Assembly (NCBI GenBank): GCA_030390025.1
Contig: JASTWF010000051.1
Location: 1,674,001 to 1,738,000 of the forward strand
Length of the DNA stretch: 64,000 bases
Source of the DNA: Squalus acanthias
Taxonomy: Eukaryota
Direction of reading: 5' to 3'
Each line of letters begins with the position of its first letter. Within the stretch, counting starts at the first letter, position 1. Positions 24,585 through 37,918 of this stretch are shown here, in pieces. The notes beneath the pieces were generated by a model. It had not been told where the DNA came from and made no database searches. It was given only the letters and a program-made list of their open reading frames with translations. A program made the position numbers and the translations under genes.

Positions 24585-25203
24585 GGTCTCGATTTTAACT
24601 TCCCCCTCACGACAAACACAAATCAGCCTTTTGATGAGGCTCCTGAAAAAGGCCGTCGAGGGCCTAATTAACATTCAAAAGTCATGGCCCGATGACATCA
24701 TCGACGCTGCGACTTAAATTTAACAGTAAGTGAAGGGGGAGGCCTGGCAGCAGATCAGAGGTGGGAGGTGCCGACTGGCCAAGGTAAGTGCTGAAGATCA
24801 GCTCCTTTTAGCACTTCTTGTAGGTCAGGAGGAGTAGCAGTGTTCCCCACAGGCCTCACAAGGAAACCTTCGGCCTCCGCTAGCCCCGATGTCCTCGCTC
24901 CCCCACCCCTCGATGGCAGCCCCCATGCCCCGATCAAGGCCCGGAGTCTTCAGCATCTACTGACTGCCGGGGACCATCCACATGGGTCCCCGAGTGCTGC
25001 AGCCTCCTGTCGCTTGCTTGTGCTTCCACCCGCCGGCCAGGCTGTCCATTTGGCCAGCTGTCGGGTGGGAGGCTACAGCACGTTATTTAAATGAGGCCCT
25101 GCCATCAAGGTCAGCTGGGCCTCCAGGACCCCGGTTTGGTCGGGTGTTCCCCAAGCTACCGTGCTCCCTGCACCCTCCCAGCTTTCCCGTTAATATCAGG
25201 GCC
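24585..25203. mobile_element. Harbinger-type MITE, family 3
   Basis: TIRs GGTCTCGATTTTAAC / GTTAATATCAGGGCC; homologous to 47340-47938. Confidence 0.75.
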
Positions 25204-25300
25204 AATGTGTAGCAGGATCATCATTGCACTTGTGAAGATTCCCTTTGTATGGTATGAGCTAAAGAAACTGTAAGCATGTTCAGCTGCAGCCTGAAACTTA

Positions 25301-25952
25301 GGGGTGATTTTTAACTTCTGCCCAAAACGGAGGTAAAGTCGGTGGAGGGTCTTGTACTGCCATCGAAGCCAGCATCGGAAGGCTCAAACCATTTTCAGGG
25401 TCGGGCCTCATCGGCATAATTTTGACGAGCTACTGAGCGTTCAGTGAGCACTAGCAGGAAGCTCACCACACCAGGGGCTGAGGGGTGGGGGCAAGAAATT
25501 AGTGGCTCCATGGGCAAGCTGAGGCAGACCGTGATTAGTCAAGGAGCTGGAGGAGGGGAGGTGTCTGAGGCAGTATTTTTGTGGGATCACGGGAAGCACT
25601 CCTGTTAGTTTTGGAGTGGCCTCCAGCGGCCCCTTTAAGAACCACCAGTTAGGCTGCCCACCACCTGCTACAAATGGGCGAAGCATACACGGTGCATGAT
25701 CTGCCTATTAGTACCTGAAATTGCAAATGGGGTCCTACTACTGGCATTGGACCCCAATTTGCATATGTAAGCAGGCCTCCTGCCTATTTTGGGTGGGTGT
25801 GTTGTGTGTCCTTTTACATGCCCACCTTAAAATTGCCTCAGGTGGACCTTGGACGTCCAAGGAGCAGCCAAGATGCCCCTCCTCCCATTTTCCACTCCTG
25901 CCCGCTCATTTTTCAGGCGAGAAATGGGCAGGAAGTAGTTGAAAATTACTCC
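25301..25952. mobile_element. Harbinger-type MITE
   Basis: TIRs GGGGTGATTTTTAAC / GTTGAAAATTACTCC, with TTA on the left flank. Confidence 0.65.
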
Positions 25953-26914
25953 TACAGAGTAGAAGAAAACTTCACAAAAGCATTACAATGACAATATGCA
26001 ACCAGAGGATCATTTACCCTGATATTTGACTCCAGGATGTACCTTAAAGCTGCATTATACTTCGTGGCTTGGTCATGTAATCAGCTGAGAGATTTTATAT
26101 ATCATTTACACCTTGTCTCATAAACCTGGGCCTTACTTCAGCAAAGCATTAGTTAACATTTTCTTCTAATTTATTAATCTAGTCAGTAACAATGAGCTTT
26201 TCGATTGTGACTTTGTTCAAAAACTGTTCCTTATGTTTCATGTGTGATTGTGACCATTATCTCCCTGTAATTAGATGATTTCATCTTTGGCACCATATAG
26301 TTATAACATATTTAAACATAATCACAAAATAGTTTCATAGTTAGACCATTGTAGAACATTATGAAAATAACTTACTTAGTGAAAAATAATGATATCTGGG
26401 TTCACCAATGAAGTACCACATTGCTATACTTTCAGTCTGTGTACCCTAGGTGACATAGTGGCACAGTACGCTAGTGATCTAACACACTGTTGGATGTATT
26501 TTCCTCCAGTTGTTAAGTTCACTATAGAAGTTTGGTTTCCCCAGTTTATAGCTGGACTGATGATTTTTGCTTATGTTAACAACCAGAGAAGAATAGATCA
26601 GTGCATCACAGAGCGAACGGATACGGACTTGGTGACGACTGTTCCCCACATGGTGGATACCTGATCTTGGTCATCGCTGGAAGGTGTTGCTTGGAGCCCA
26701 TGGAGTTTCCCCACAGGCAGAGAGAGAAGTTAAAGCAGTAGAGGAGTGATGTGGGGGCATTGGTGACACAACAACATCACTCAGACCCAAAGGACATTGC
26801 CAGCTAGTCAGTACTCATCAATTTTAGCTTAAATAAATCAATAAATATATACTCTGCACAAATAAATAACTTAGTTAGCAGAAGTGTGACAGACAGAACA
26901 CAGGAGCTAATTAC

Positions 26915-27004
26915 CTGCCCACATGATCAGAACTGTCACGATAATGATCATCTCTCCTGTCTGCAATGGCATGTTCCTATTCATTTCCTGCACTGTTGGG
27001 TCAT
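26915..27004 (-). CDS. FNDC4/FNDC5: FNDC4/FNDC5 (irisin precursor family) juxtamembrane-transmembrane exon, 90 bp, phase 1-1
   Basis: Acceptor ctttgcttttccttgtctgcag| and donor CAG|gtaatt. Encodes (D)DPTVQEMNRNMPLQTGEMIIIVTVLIMWA, which aligns without gaps to FNDC5 DEVTMKEMGRNQQLRTGEVLIIVVVLFMWA and FNDC4 ...PLQTGEVVIIVVVLLMWA (reference sequences from memory). Confidence 0.88.
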
Positions 27005-27299
27005 CTGCAGACAAGGAAAAGCAAAGTGCTTAGGACACAAAATCCAGTGACAAGTATAACGAGCAAGGCTAATTTCATATGGATTTCAACACAATAGACA
27101 ATTGAGCATATTGTTACATATGAACATTCTTGGAAACAATGCTCCCAAAATTTATCGGTTCCAAAAGGCACGACTAAATTCCTCCGTCAATGATGGGCAC
27201 TGCCTGGGGGGTTTTCATCCATATCGTCAATAAAACAGGCGTGGCGGAGTCGACAGCGCTTACAAGCAGCATATCCTAGCACATTCTACGGAGCATCAG

Positions 27300-27960
27300 T
27301 GTTCCCCCTCCCCTTCCCTCCAACTTTTTCTCTCTAGTTTTTCCAAAATTATAAAACTGTTTGCTTATGTTTTCGGGTGCAGTTCTGACAAAGAGTATAC
27401 ACTTGAAACATGAATTTGCTTTTCGCTTTACAGATGCTGACTAATCATTTGTGTATTCCTGCATTTACTGTTTTGTATTTCAGATTTCCAACATTTACAG
27501 TGTTTTTTTATTTGCTGTAGCCTGCTGCCTTATTGAGTCTTTTCAATTCGCTCCTAAATCCCTGCGCCCTCTATTTCTCTCTCTCATTTAAAAATCTTCT
27601 TAAAACTCAATTTTGTGGAACTTGTTACCACATGGAGTCGTTGAGGTGAATAGTATTTAAGGGGAAGCTAGACAAATACTTGATGGAGATAGGAATACAA
27701 GGATATGCTGATAGGGTTAGATGAAGATGAGTGGGAGGAGGCTCGTGTGGAGCATAAACACCGGCATAGACCAGTTGGCTGGACTGCCTGGTTCTGTGCT
27801 GTAAATTCTATGTAAATTTGACCAAGCTTTTGGCTATCCCTCCTAATCTCGCCCACCATTTTTTGCCACCATTCCCCCCCACCACCTATTCTCCATTTGA
27901 AAAGCACTCTGGAATTATTTTTTTACAGTAAAGGTGCTACATAAATACAACTTCTTGTTG
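27300..27960 (+). mobile_element. Cluster of old fragments: degenerate PLE terminal repeat (~27300-27515) and an L2 3' end interrupted by a CR1-like tail (~27620-27815)
   Basis: 'acagatgctgact...cagatttcca' PLE end, 'aaacaccggcatagaccagttgg' tail, and 'aaggtgctacataaata' L2 end. Confidence 0.55.
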
Positions 27961-29604
27961 CTGAATGGTGTGCAAATCGAAGCTTAGTTACAACAATCAC
28001 GTGTCTACTGCAGTTTGCAGTGACATTACTTGTTTTCACATGGTCAGGGCTGTTTTTCAGTCAGCAGCTCAAAGGTTTTGTCAGCTTTTGCTAGTTTCCA
28101 AGTTGGCATGTATGATCCAGAGTCAAATTACATGCTGACCATCACCATCTATGCTGTCAGATGAAGCCCGACCATCTAGGGTTAGATACCCCATCATAAG
28201 TCAGTACATTTGGCAGAAATGGAAGAAAACTAGAAATAAAAAGCTCGCCCGTTTGCATCAGGCTGTCGATCCAGCTAGTGATATAACATGTCGATATCAT
28301 CATTCCATCCACCCATTTGTGTGTCGTTCCTAGTTTTAAAGGGGTGTTGTTGTCAGGAATGTCTGGTTTGCAAACTAAAAATCATGATTTGCAACATTTT
28401 TACAATAAAAGCATTTGTGAATAGTTCCAAAGTAAAAGTAGTCATTAGATTTGATACTTTGAGCTGGAATTAATTTATACCACGTATTTTCTGGCTTGCA
28501 TGGTAAACATTTCTAATACTGCACCTTTAACTTACAACTGAAATAATAAATTGCACCTGAAAACACTCGGTGAGGTCTTCCCTCTCAATGCCATGACTTC
28601 ATCAGGAAAGCTTCTGTTTATACCTACGTCCTTTGGTGACAAATCTGGCTTACAAAGGCAAAGAATCGTTGGAAACAATCCGACTTTTATCTGAAGACTC
28701 ATATGGTGCAGATTGAACTGTTTGTTGAGATTTTCCATTTGTGATGCACTTGCCAGAATAGCAGGTTTGTGTCTTAGACATTTTGTCGCCTACACCTACA
28801 CACCCAATTTTATTCTGGAACCTTGCTGACTGAGAATCTTTGTTCACTCACTTGTACTTCTTATCAATAGTATTTCAAATTCTCTCTCAATAGCTATGAC
28901 TCACTGTAAACCCTGTTATATTGAATAACTTGTCAAAAGGAACTATAATCAAAATCCAAAATGGTTGCATTGTGAATCCTTACTTTGTTAAAACAGTGTC
29001 CCGTCATGCCTCTTTTTGTCTTCGGATCTCCAGATATTATATTTTCATATTAAAAGGAGTGTTATTACATTTCTGCATGGCTCCGCTGGTAATTGTAGGA
29101 CTAACAGTGGAGACATCTTAGGTAAAAGGTGCTAGTTACTTATATCACTAATATGTACTTATTCACAATTGCCCCCTCTAGTTGTGCATTAGGTTTTTTA
29201 TTAAGTTATAGGTCAGAATCATCCTACGGAGGTTACTTTGGTGATAAACTGCACAGTAATTCTTCATAGTTACTTTTGAACCAAGCCATAAAGTAATTCT
29301 GCAGTTACTGCTAAACCATTGGAATTCCTTCCGAATCATTTTTGTACTGAGACCACAATGGGACACAAACTATGTTAGATAAATATTTAATCAGAAATCT
29401 GTCATTTTTATTCAGCTGCATATGAAACTGCTGTAATTTGTAGAAATACTAGGATTCATCATGACTGAATATGGAATCATAAAAGAACTTTTAGCACTTG
29501 TCAGCAATATTAAAATTATTTCTAGTTTTGAATGTCCCCTTAAATATGACATGCACCAGTTTGGTTGCCCACCAATTTCTTGCATTTACTGCCAAACATT
29601 AACA

Positions 29605-29935
29605 CATGGCAGCTGTGATGATTCAACCAATGCCATTTACACTTCATCTAGAGTCATCTTTTGTTCTTAACTTGTTCCATTACCATCTCCTTTTGTCTTG
29701 CACCATCATCCTTTGTCTCTTAATCTCTTTTGCCTTCCATCCTATCACAGACCTTCCTTCGTTCTTTCCTCCCCTCCCCCCTTTCCCTGTCCCTACACTT
29801 GCTTAAAAACCTGTTCCATCTCCAACTTTTTCCAGCTCTGACGCAGGGTCATCGACCTGAAACGTTAACTCTGTTTCTCTCTCCACAGATGCTGCCTGAC
29901 CTGCTGAGTATTCCCAGCATTTTCTGTTTTTATTA
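29605..29935 (+). mobile_element. PLE terminal repeat of the same family as 55630-56880; hammerhead core mutated (CTGACGC)
   Basis: Close match to 56508-56845. Confidence 0.85.
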
Positions 29936-32051
29936 ACATATGAACATTGCATTCCAACATACAATGAGAACGGTGGGGAGAAACCATCAGGCCTCTCAAG
30001 CCTCCCCTGTCCAGACATGGTGCAATATTGACCCATCCGCTATCCCTGTAACTTCCTGGGGAAAAAAATCCAGAGAAAGTAACTTGTGGCCGATTCAGGA
30101 AAAACTCTGAAGTTCCTCTCTGACTCCCTAAGTCAATCAAGCAAAGATCCAGAAGACCAAGGGAGCCCATAACTCCTTGTAATCACAGCGAACTAGCAAC
30201 TCACTCTCTAGAACAGAAAACATCCTTTTCACTCAGGAACTTTCAAATTCCCATTAAAGGACTGTAGCAGGTCCAGAACCACTGCTTATTTAGGCAGACG
30301 GGCCAATGACTTGCTGTGAAAATAAATACTTCCTGGCACCCAACCTATTAATAATAACACTACTTTTTATGGGGTGAATTACCGTGGGGGTTCTCCCACT
30401 CGTTCGCCATAACTGTGGCAGAAAACTCACCCGCTATGTATGCATGTGCTCTAGTATTATCATCCTTATTCATCTTAAATAACTTAACCAGCTTAGGTCC
30501 AATCCCTTACTGTTTTAAAAACCACAATAAAATTCTCTCTAAATGTGAATTTCTCTGAAGTAAATAGCCCTAACTAATGGAGCTTTCCTCATTACTAACA
30601 GCTCTTAGACTAGGCATCATTGTGGCCTCCCACCTCTGGATCTTCTCTGGAATCTGGTTATGTTTCACCATGGTGTTGTGATCAATAAACTGCACACCAA
30701 ACTTCAAGTATGAACATACCAAGTCTTATACAGCCCAAGTAGTGCTTTTCATTTATATTATCTTCATTTGCATTGTTCTCTGATGAATTCTGCAAACCTC
30801 CATTTTGATGCAGCCTCATCGGAACAGAGGCAGTGGACTGACAAGAACGTCTCCTTTAGCACACCTGCTTCATAGTGTGCTGGCATCCTTTTATACCAGA
30901 AGGTCAGCTTCTCTGTTTTTTTCCTTAGTTTTACCTGGCATTAGTTTATACTCATTAGAGGCTTGGATAATTTAATAATCATTCAACCTCAGGCTCTGGA
31001 AGTTTAGACTTCCTGGATCTTTTAGCTAAGAATTTCACTTTGTTGCATTGTTGCAGAGGAACCCATAGAAGCAAGGGTTTCATTTCAGGTTATTAGGTGC
31101 TTAAGGTTAATTAGTGGAAACGGGCTTTCATTTGGTGGCTTGGTGATGAATCAATGCATGAAGGAGGGGAAAATGCCATTCTAAAGCTCTTAAGGTTTTG
31201 TGGGCATTTTTTTCCCATGCTGGGGTACTGTTCCACAAAGTTTAGTCACAATACGGTACCTTGCAGAAGATGCTATTCACATATAATCCTGACAGTGAGC
31301 GTTAGCAATTATTTGACTGTGGGACATACCAGTTATGCCCAATCCTGTCCTCAATTGACATCCGATTTTCCCCTCCCTAACCAGGAACATAACACCAATT
31401 ATAGCACCCTCATGGTCTCCTTGGCCTGAGGTCAGCGAATCAACCTGGAATCTTTCTGTCTATATGGCCAATTGTTTGCTGGATAAATTCATTGCTTCAC
31501 TGTGGAGGCTGAAAAATGGATTTCTAATGATTTCACACTATCTGAACTATTCTGTAGTTACTTCAAAACAGCCTGAAATGCACACAGAAAAATCTATCCA
31601 GAGAGACGAGAAGAGAGTACTTATTAGTCACGTAATTTGTCTGTTGAGTATAGTCTCTTTCAATTTCATTAGCGTTTATAAAAACAACATTTTTCCTTTC
31701 ACTCTGGCGGAGGACACTGAAGAGTGATTGTACTTTACACAAAAGTCATCTATTGTCACATTAGTATACAAAAAACATTTGCTTCATAAGCCTGAATTCA
31801 TCTACTAGAGAAATAGTATCTTGCACAAAAGTAATAATTGTCTGTATAAAATTCTGAATACTGGAAATTGGAAATAATACAGAAATGTTGGAAATCCACA
31901 ACGGGTTGATCAGCATCTGAAAATTGGTTAATGTTTTAAGTTCTGTGAAAGGTCATACCCAAAACATTAAACCATCTTTTCCTTCAGTTACTGAGGCAAC
32001 CTTTCAGAATTTACTTTTGCCAATTGTTTCCTCTCCTCTCCTGAAAATGTG

Positions 32052-32812
32052 ATTCCTGCTGGGTACGGTTCCAGAATCCTGCTGGGGGTATGGTTCCAGA
32101 TCGTGCTGGGGTACGGTTTCCAGAATTCTGCTGGAGGTACGGTTCCAGAATCGTGCAGGGGTACGGTCCAGAATCCAGCTGGGGTACGGTTCCAGAATCC
32201 TGCTGGAATACGGTTCCAGAATCCTGCTGGAGTACGATTCCAGAATCCAGCTGGCTACAGTTCCAGAATCCTGCTGGAGTACGGTTCCAGAATCCTGCTG
32301 GGGTACGGTTCCACAATCCAGCTGGGTACAGTTCCAGATCCTGCTGGGGTACAGTTTCCAGAATCCTGCTGGGGTACAGTTCCAGAATCCTGCTGGGGTA
32401 CAGTTCCAGAATCCTGCTGGAGTACGGTTCCAGAATCCTGCTGGAGTACAGTTCAGAATCCAGCTGGGCTACGGTTCAGAATTCCTGCTGGGGAAAGGTT
32501 CCAGAATCCAGCTGGGGTACAGTTCCAGAATCCAGCTGGGGTACAGTTCCAGAATCCTGCTGGGGTACGGTTCCAGAATCTGCTGGGGTAAGGTTCCAGA
32601 ATCCAGCTGGGTACGGTTCCAGAATCCTGCTGGGGTACGGTTCCAGAATCCTGCTGGGGTACGGTTCCAGAATCCTGCTGGGGTACGGTCCAGAATCCTG
32701 CTGGGTACGGTTCCAGAATCAGCTGGGGTACTGTTCCAGAATCTGCTGGTGTACGGTTCCAGAATCCTGCTGGAATACGGTTCCAGAATCCAGCTGGTGT
32801 ATGGGTTCCAGA
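32052..32812. repeat. Minisatellite, ~24-bp unit GGGGTACGGTTCCAGAATCCTGCT, about 30 copies
   Basis: Direct tandem repeats with 1-bp indels and CCTGCT/CCAGCT variants. Confidence 0.95.
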
Positions 32813-34429
32813 CACTGGACACCTTTTGGTTTCAAATGAACAATTTTCATGTGCGACCCCAGAGAGTTTTTTTTTCTAATTTTGATCACTAAGGAGCATC
32901 ACAGATGAGTCCTTGACTGATATCCACACAAGGCACTTGCTAACAGAGTTTTTCGGGATAGCGATCAGGAGCTGAAATGCTAACTGAGTTCCCCTTTCCC
33001 AACCCAGGGCCACTGAGGCAAGTGTAGCACTCCTGCTGCTCCATGTGGCTGAGATCAGCTAGCTCAACAAGACTGAGATTGATCCTGGGACTCTCTGATC
33101 TTTGTAGCTCAGCTAATGCTGGCGTTAACAACTGAGCCTTCGGGAGATACATTTCTATATTTAACAAAAATGAAAGTTTAAACAACCATAAAATTCTCTG
33201 CAATTGTGCTGATTTTGTTTTAAAGCCATATTTGTTAGAAAAACATTGGTTGTCAGTTTTTTAATGTGGAATGATTCACAGCACCAGCCAGACATTTCTA
33301 ATTAACCATATCATTGTAGACAATCAAAAAAACATTTTCAACTGATCAAAGAAATTATTTATTCATTTCCTAGGATATTCATCATCTCATATCTGCTTCA
33401 ATCTCCCCTTCACCAACCTTCTTCATCCGCTTCCATTAATGAATCAAATAAAGAGGCTAACAAATAATCTTCGATTAATCTTCTCAAATTATTAATCTAC
33501 CTATTATTTCTAGAGAATACTTCAATTGACAAAGAGAATGGCATAATACTCGAACAATTGATCCAAAGACAACCTAATATCAACCAATATCTTGCAAATG
33601 TCTTACTCTCCAAAATATAACACATTATTAATGACTCTCCAGATTAAACAGTTGTGACCAAATTAGGTCAACCTCAATTTTCACAATTGTTAAAACACTA
33701 TAAATGTTTATACATTATAATCAATCACCCACACCCCTAATTTTTAATTTATCTCAAATAATAAGCTTTTAGAATTGGGGTGGGGTAGGGCACTAGAAAT
33801 TCACCTTAATAAAAACTGAGCCCATCTTTCCACATCACGACCATTTCTTTTGTTGTCTGTTTATGGAACATGCAACAGCAAGATAAATCATTGAACATTT
33901 TCGAGCCATTCTTTTCTCTTTCTCTTTAGGCAATGCAATGCAGGCGAAGGGGCCAGATATAAAATGTAAATGCACTAAAGTACAATACTGCATTTGGCAT
34001 CAACTATTATTGATCTTAATTATTTCACTGCAAAGATCTGCAGCATTCTGCAGCATAGTATCAATTTAAAGCTTTTCTCAGCATGCTGCTGCTGCAGTGA
34101 GCCTGCGCTTGCATGTCAATATTTATTGCTACTAAATTGTGTCATTCCTTACATTGTCTGTGAAGTCAATGTGTAAGCTGTCTTGGCGCTGACTGTATGT
34201 AGCTTGTGAGCAATGTTGGTGGCAGGGTAGTACAATGTGTGGTGTGAGTGTATGTGTATCGTTAGAGGAGTGGTGTGAAGAGGCATAGGTCTGAATTTCT
34301 TACAACAGTTGTGCTGTGGAGGAAAGTGCTGCCCTATAGAGACAGGGAATAATCACAGGGCAGTCATCCTAGGTCCGTTCTCATACACCTTCTAGTGATT
34401 GGCTAGGCTTGCATTGAAAGAGGCCTGAA

Positions 34430-34935
34430 AACATTCACTATCACTAGAGAAAAAGTACTAGGCAAACTAATGGGACTGAAGGCTGACAAGTCCCCTGGAC
34501 CTGATAAGAAATAGGAGCAGGAGTAGGCCATTTGGCCCCTCGAGTCTGCTCCGCCATTCAATAAGATCATGGCTGATCTGGTCTTGGCCTCAACTCCACT
34601 TCCCTGCCCGCTCCCCATAACCCTTGACTCCCTTATCGTTCAAAAATCTGTCTATCTCCACCTTAAATATATTCAATGACCCAGCCTCCACAGCTCTCTG
34701 GGGTAGAGATTCCACAGATTCATGACTCCTCTGAGAGAAGAAATTCCTTCATTTTAAATGGTCAGAGAGTTGCAGATCCAAGTTTGTAGATGACATTAAA
34801 TTAGGAGGAACAGTAATTAGTGCAGGTAGCAGCAGAGATGAAAAGGGACAAAGATAGATTAAGTGAGTGGGCAAAACTATGGCAGATGGAGTTCAATGTG
34901 AGCAAGTATGAGGTTATCCTACTTTGGACCTAAGA
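34430..34935. mobile_element. CR1 fragments: + (34430-34505), antisense 3' tail (34505-34760), + (34770-34935)
   Basis: GLKADKSPGPD-coding segment, reversed tail 'ataggagcaggagtaggcc', and KFVDD segment. Confidence 0.8.
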
Positions 34936-34989
34936 GTGACAATCATCTTTGCATGGCACCTGCGCTGCTGCACCCCCACTGCTCTGTGA

Positions 34990-35476
34990 GGAAGGTGGTG
35001 GTGAGCTGCCTTCTTGAACCATTGCAATCCGTGTGGTGAGGTTACTCCACAGTGCTGTTAGGGAGGGAGTTCAGGATTTTGGACTCACAGCGACGATGAA
35101 GGAACGGCGATATATTTCCAAGTCAGGATGGTGTGTGACTTGGAGGGGACTTGGAGGTGGTGATGTTCCCATGCGCCATGCCTGCCCCCTTGTCCTTCTA
35201 GGTGGTAGAGGTCGCGGGTTTGGGAGGTGCTGTCGAAGAAGCCTTGGCGAGTTTTGCAGTGCATCTTGTAGATGGTACACACTGCAGCCACGTTGCACTG
35301 GTGGTGGAGGGAGGGAATGTTTAAGGTAGTGGATGGGGTGTCAATCACGTGAGCTGCTTTGTCCTGGATGGTGTCGAGCTTCTTGAGTGCTGGAGCTGCA
35401 CTCATCCAGGCAAGTGGAGAGTATTCCATCAGAATCTTGATGGTTGAAAGGCTTTGGGGAGTAAGGAGGTGAGTCA
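34990..35476 (-). mobile_element. Family A LINE 3' fragment
   Basis: ORF 35085-35429 MEYSPLAWMSAAP...; matches 1-500. Confidence 0.9.
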
Positions 35477-35479
35477 GTT

Positions 35480-36900
35480 TACAAGTCTCTATCCATGCTT
35501 TCCTTCATGCTTAGCAAGCTGGAGGAGATGGTGGAACCACTACCTGAGTGGCAGCAGCCTGAGCTTTCATCAGAGCTGTCGCCACAGGCTCCATAACTGA
35601 GGGGCCTGCTGCAGTATACATAGAGGTGACCATATGCTTCCTAGTTGACTACAGTGATTCAATGCCATGTGTGATGACCGCACATAAGTTGGAGGTGAAC
35701 CCCTCCACACTGTCTGACATTATGCACAGGCTCCCTGGCAGGCAGTCCAATGCATCGAGCAGTTGCTGGTGCATGGCTATCCAGTCTTCTTTTATAAACT
35801 AGGCCCTGGCAGTTTTCATCTGTGCCCTCTAACCAGGGCTGTCTTTTCCACTGCAGTTGCTCCTACTCACTTCGATGTTCGGTGATTCATGCTATGCAGG
35901 CCCCTCTAACCCACTATCTATAGTACACGAGGTGCTAATTTCTGAGCTGGTGTTTGTTGAGGTCAGAGCAGTGATGGGGCACTTTGGGAGAGTTCCCTTC
36001 CTAACATTTGGCGCAGCTTGGCCTGGGACTTCTGATGGACCCTGAGAAAGAGGTGAGAGGACACAAGGGTTAGCGAGAAGTGGAAAGGGTAAGCAGTAGC
36101 AGATGAGAGCTAGTGATATGCACCACCAGATTGTCATGCAGAGTGTGTTCGGGAGAGAGTCAATATAAGAAAGGAAGGAGGGGAGGTGCTGCACAGGTTC
36201 TCCAGCCCTGCCATGATTCGTGCCCTCCATCTGCCAATGATGTCGATGGTGGCCTCCTCCATTGACGTGAGCACTTGTACAGATGCCAAACTCCTCCTGA
36301 TCTTGCCATTTCCATCCTGTGGAGTGTGTTACTATTTACCCTGTTGCAGGGTTGTGTAGATGAGTGAGGGCAGCTTAACTTAGTTCGCTGTGGAGAGTAA
36401 GAAACAACAGATGTGGGAAGTCATTGTGAAGGCAATAGCAAATCCTGAGTGTACGAGGGGAAGTAGAAGGTGGTGCAGTGAAGTTTGCTGCTGTGATTAC
36501 AGGAGTATGATGGGAAGTGGGGAGGAAAGGATTAGTAGTGCTGGAGCTAAAGTATGGTGGTGTAGGGCTAAGCAGAGAGTAAGAGAGATGTGAAGGGCGT
36601 CATACCATAGCAGCTCTGGTGAGGTCATTGAATTTTTTTCCAGCATTGCTTTCTGGTCCTGGGGAGCAATACCGCTTGCATTAACATTAGCAGCTACCTT
36701 TCTCCACTGCTGCTGCATTATTTGCCTGGGCATTGGTGCCCAACACTGGGGAAAAGACTGCCATTCTGCTGTTGAACTGCTCACCAAGGCTGCAGTCATC
36801 TTCTCCACCTATTTGAAAAACAGCTGCAACTGTTCTCCATACACAAAGTGCCCCTCTCTTTTAAGAGGCGCAGCTGTCTTTAAATTGCAACAGTCGCCCC
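35480..36900 (-). pseudogene. Degenerate Harbinger accessory Myb/SANT-like gene
   Basis: ORF 36497-36808 QQWRKVAANVNASGIAP, then a frameshifted segment resembling QC.KKFNDLTR, typical of the Myb_DNA-bind_5 domain. Confidence 0.6.
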
Positions 36901-37918
36901 ATTAATTCTCCCCAGCCCCTCCATGGGTGAGCTGCCTATTGGGAGCACAAACACTGTGGCAGCATGCGTGACTATTAAAAAGAGGCCTGACCCCGCTCGA
37001 TATACACATAACATGAAAATTGCACCTCTTTCTATCAACTTTCCAGAGACTCAAAACAAGAACAGTATTTTCTTTCATGACAATTAGAGCAGTGAGATAC
37101 ATTCCAAATCTTCTAGGTGTCAGTTGACACATCTTTTCTCGATTGCTCATACTGCAGCTTAATACTATATAGCATCAGCTATCAATGACCAAAAATAAAT
37201 ACATGTGCTCTCTCATTCTGTGCCCTTTGAACAGTCAGCTATCCTGGAACATGGCCTGGGGAAATAACAGGTGTTCCCTCCTGATCAGTGGGCACTTAGA
37301 TCCAGAATCCAGCACAATTGTCATGGCTACAATCTGCCTTCACGATGCTATCCTCTCTCACAATGACAGTTCACGTGACTTTTTTAGCCTGCCCCCTCTG
37401 ATGCCTGCTCATATAGGTGTTAAAATACAGAACCAGGTTGCCCAAGCACCTGCAGTGGTGATGCAGCCTGTTGAAGAGAACTCCTAGGCTCAGAATCCCT
37501 GTGACACCTTGATCCCAAGATGCTCACGATACCAGAACACAGCCAACTACCAGTGACATCACCTCGGCACTGCAACAGGATAGATTTAAGAACAGCATAT
37601 AGAGGCACCAGGTATAGGCACAGTGGTATTAAGAAGCTCACTGTTAACATATGTGGGCACAAAAAAAACGCTTTGTGTTATGAAGTCCAGTATTTGGAAC
37701 AAAGTCTGTTCTTTGTTTTTTAGAGGTTTGTTTGGAGGTCAGTTTGCAATGGGAGATAGAGCTCCTCCTACATCTTCGTAGTAAACCATTCTCTCTTTTA
37801 GCAGACCTCTTGTGAGTCATCATTGAGGGAGCGGCACGGTCTATAGACTCTAATGGAAGGATAGCTCCTAGTTGGTCTTCTCCTTCAGTGCAGCCTCATC
37901 CTGTGTTCCTCTGTCAAT

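Noticed and set aside
26590-26760. Alternative terminal exon just downstream of the TM exon
   Set aside because: No clear acceptor and no similarity to the FNDC4/5 cytoplasmic tail.
27380-27415. Additional hammerheads (also ~29836, ~31940, ~63800)
   Set aside because: Core nucleotides are mutated (CTGACAA, CTGACGC, CTGTGAA); these are decayed PLE ends.
28105-28160. FN3-like peptide MYDPESNYMLTITIYAV on the + strand
   Set aside because: Wrong strand, short, and no splice context.
32011-32839. ORFs up to 249 aa, and a CRISPR-like look
   Set aside because: Pure tandem repeat with no unique spacers and no cas genes. The ORFs arise from a stop-free 24-bp unit and are broken by indels.
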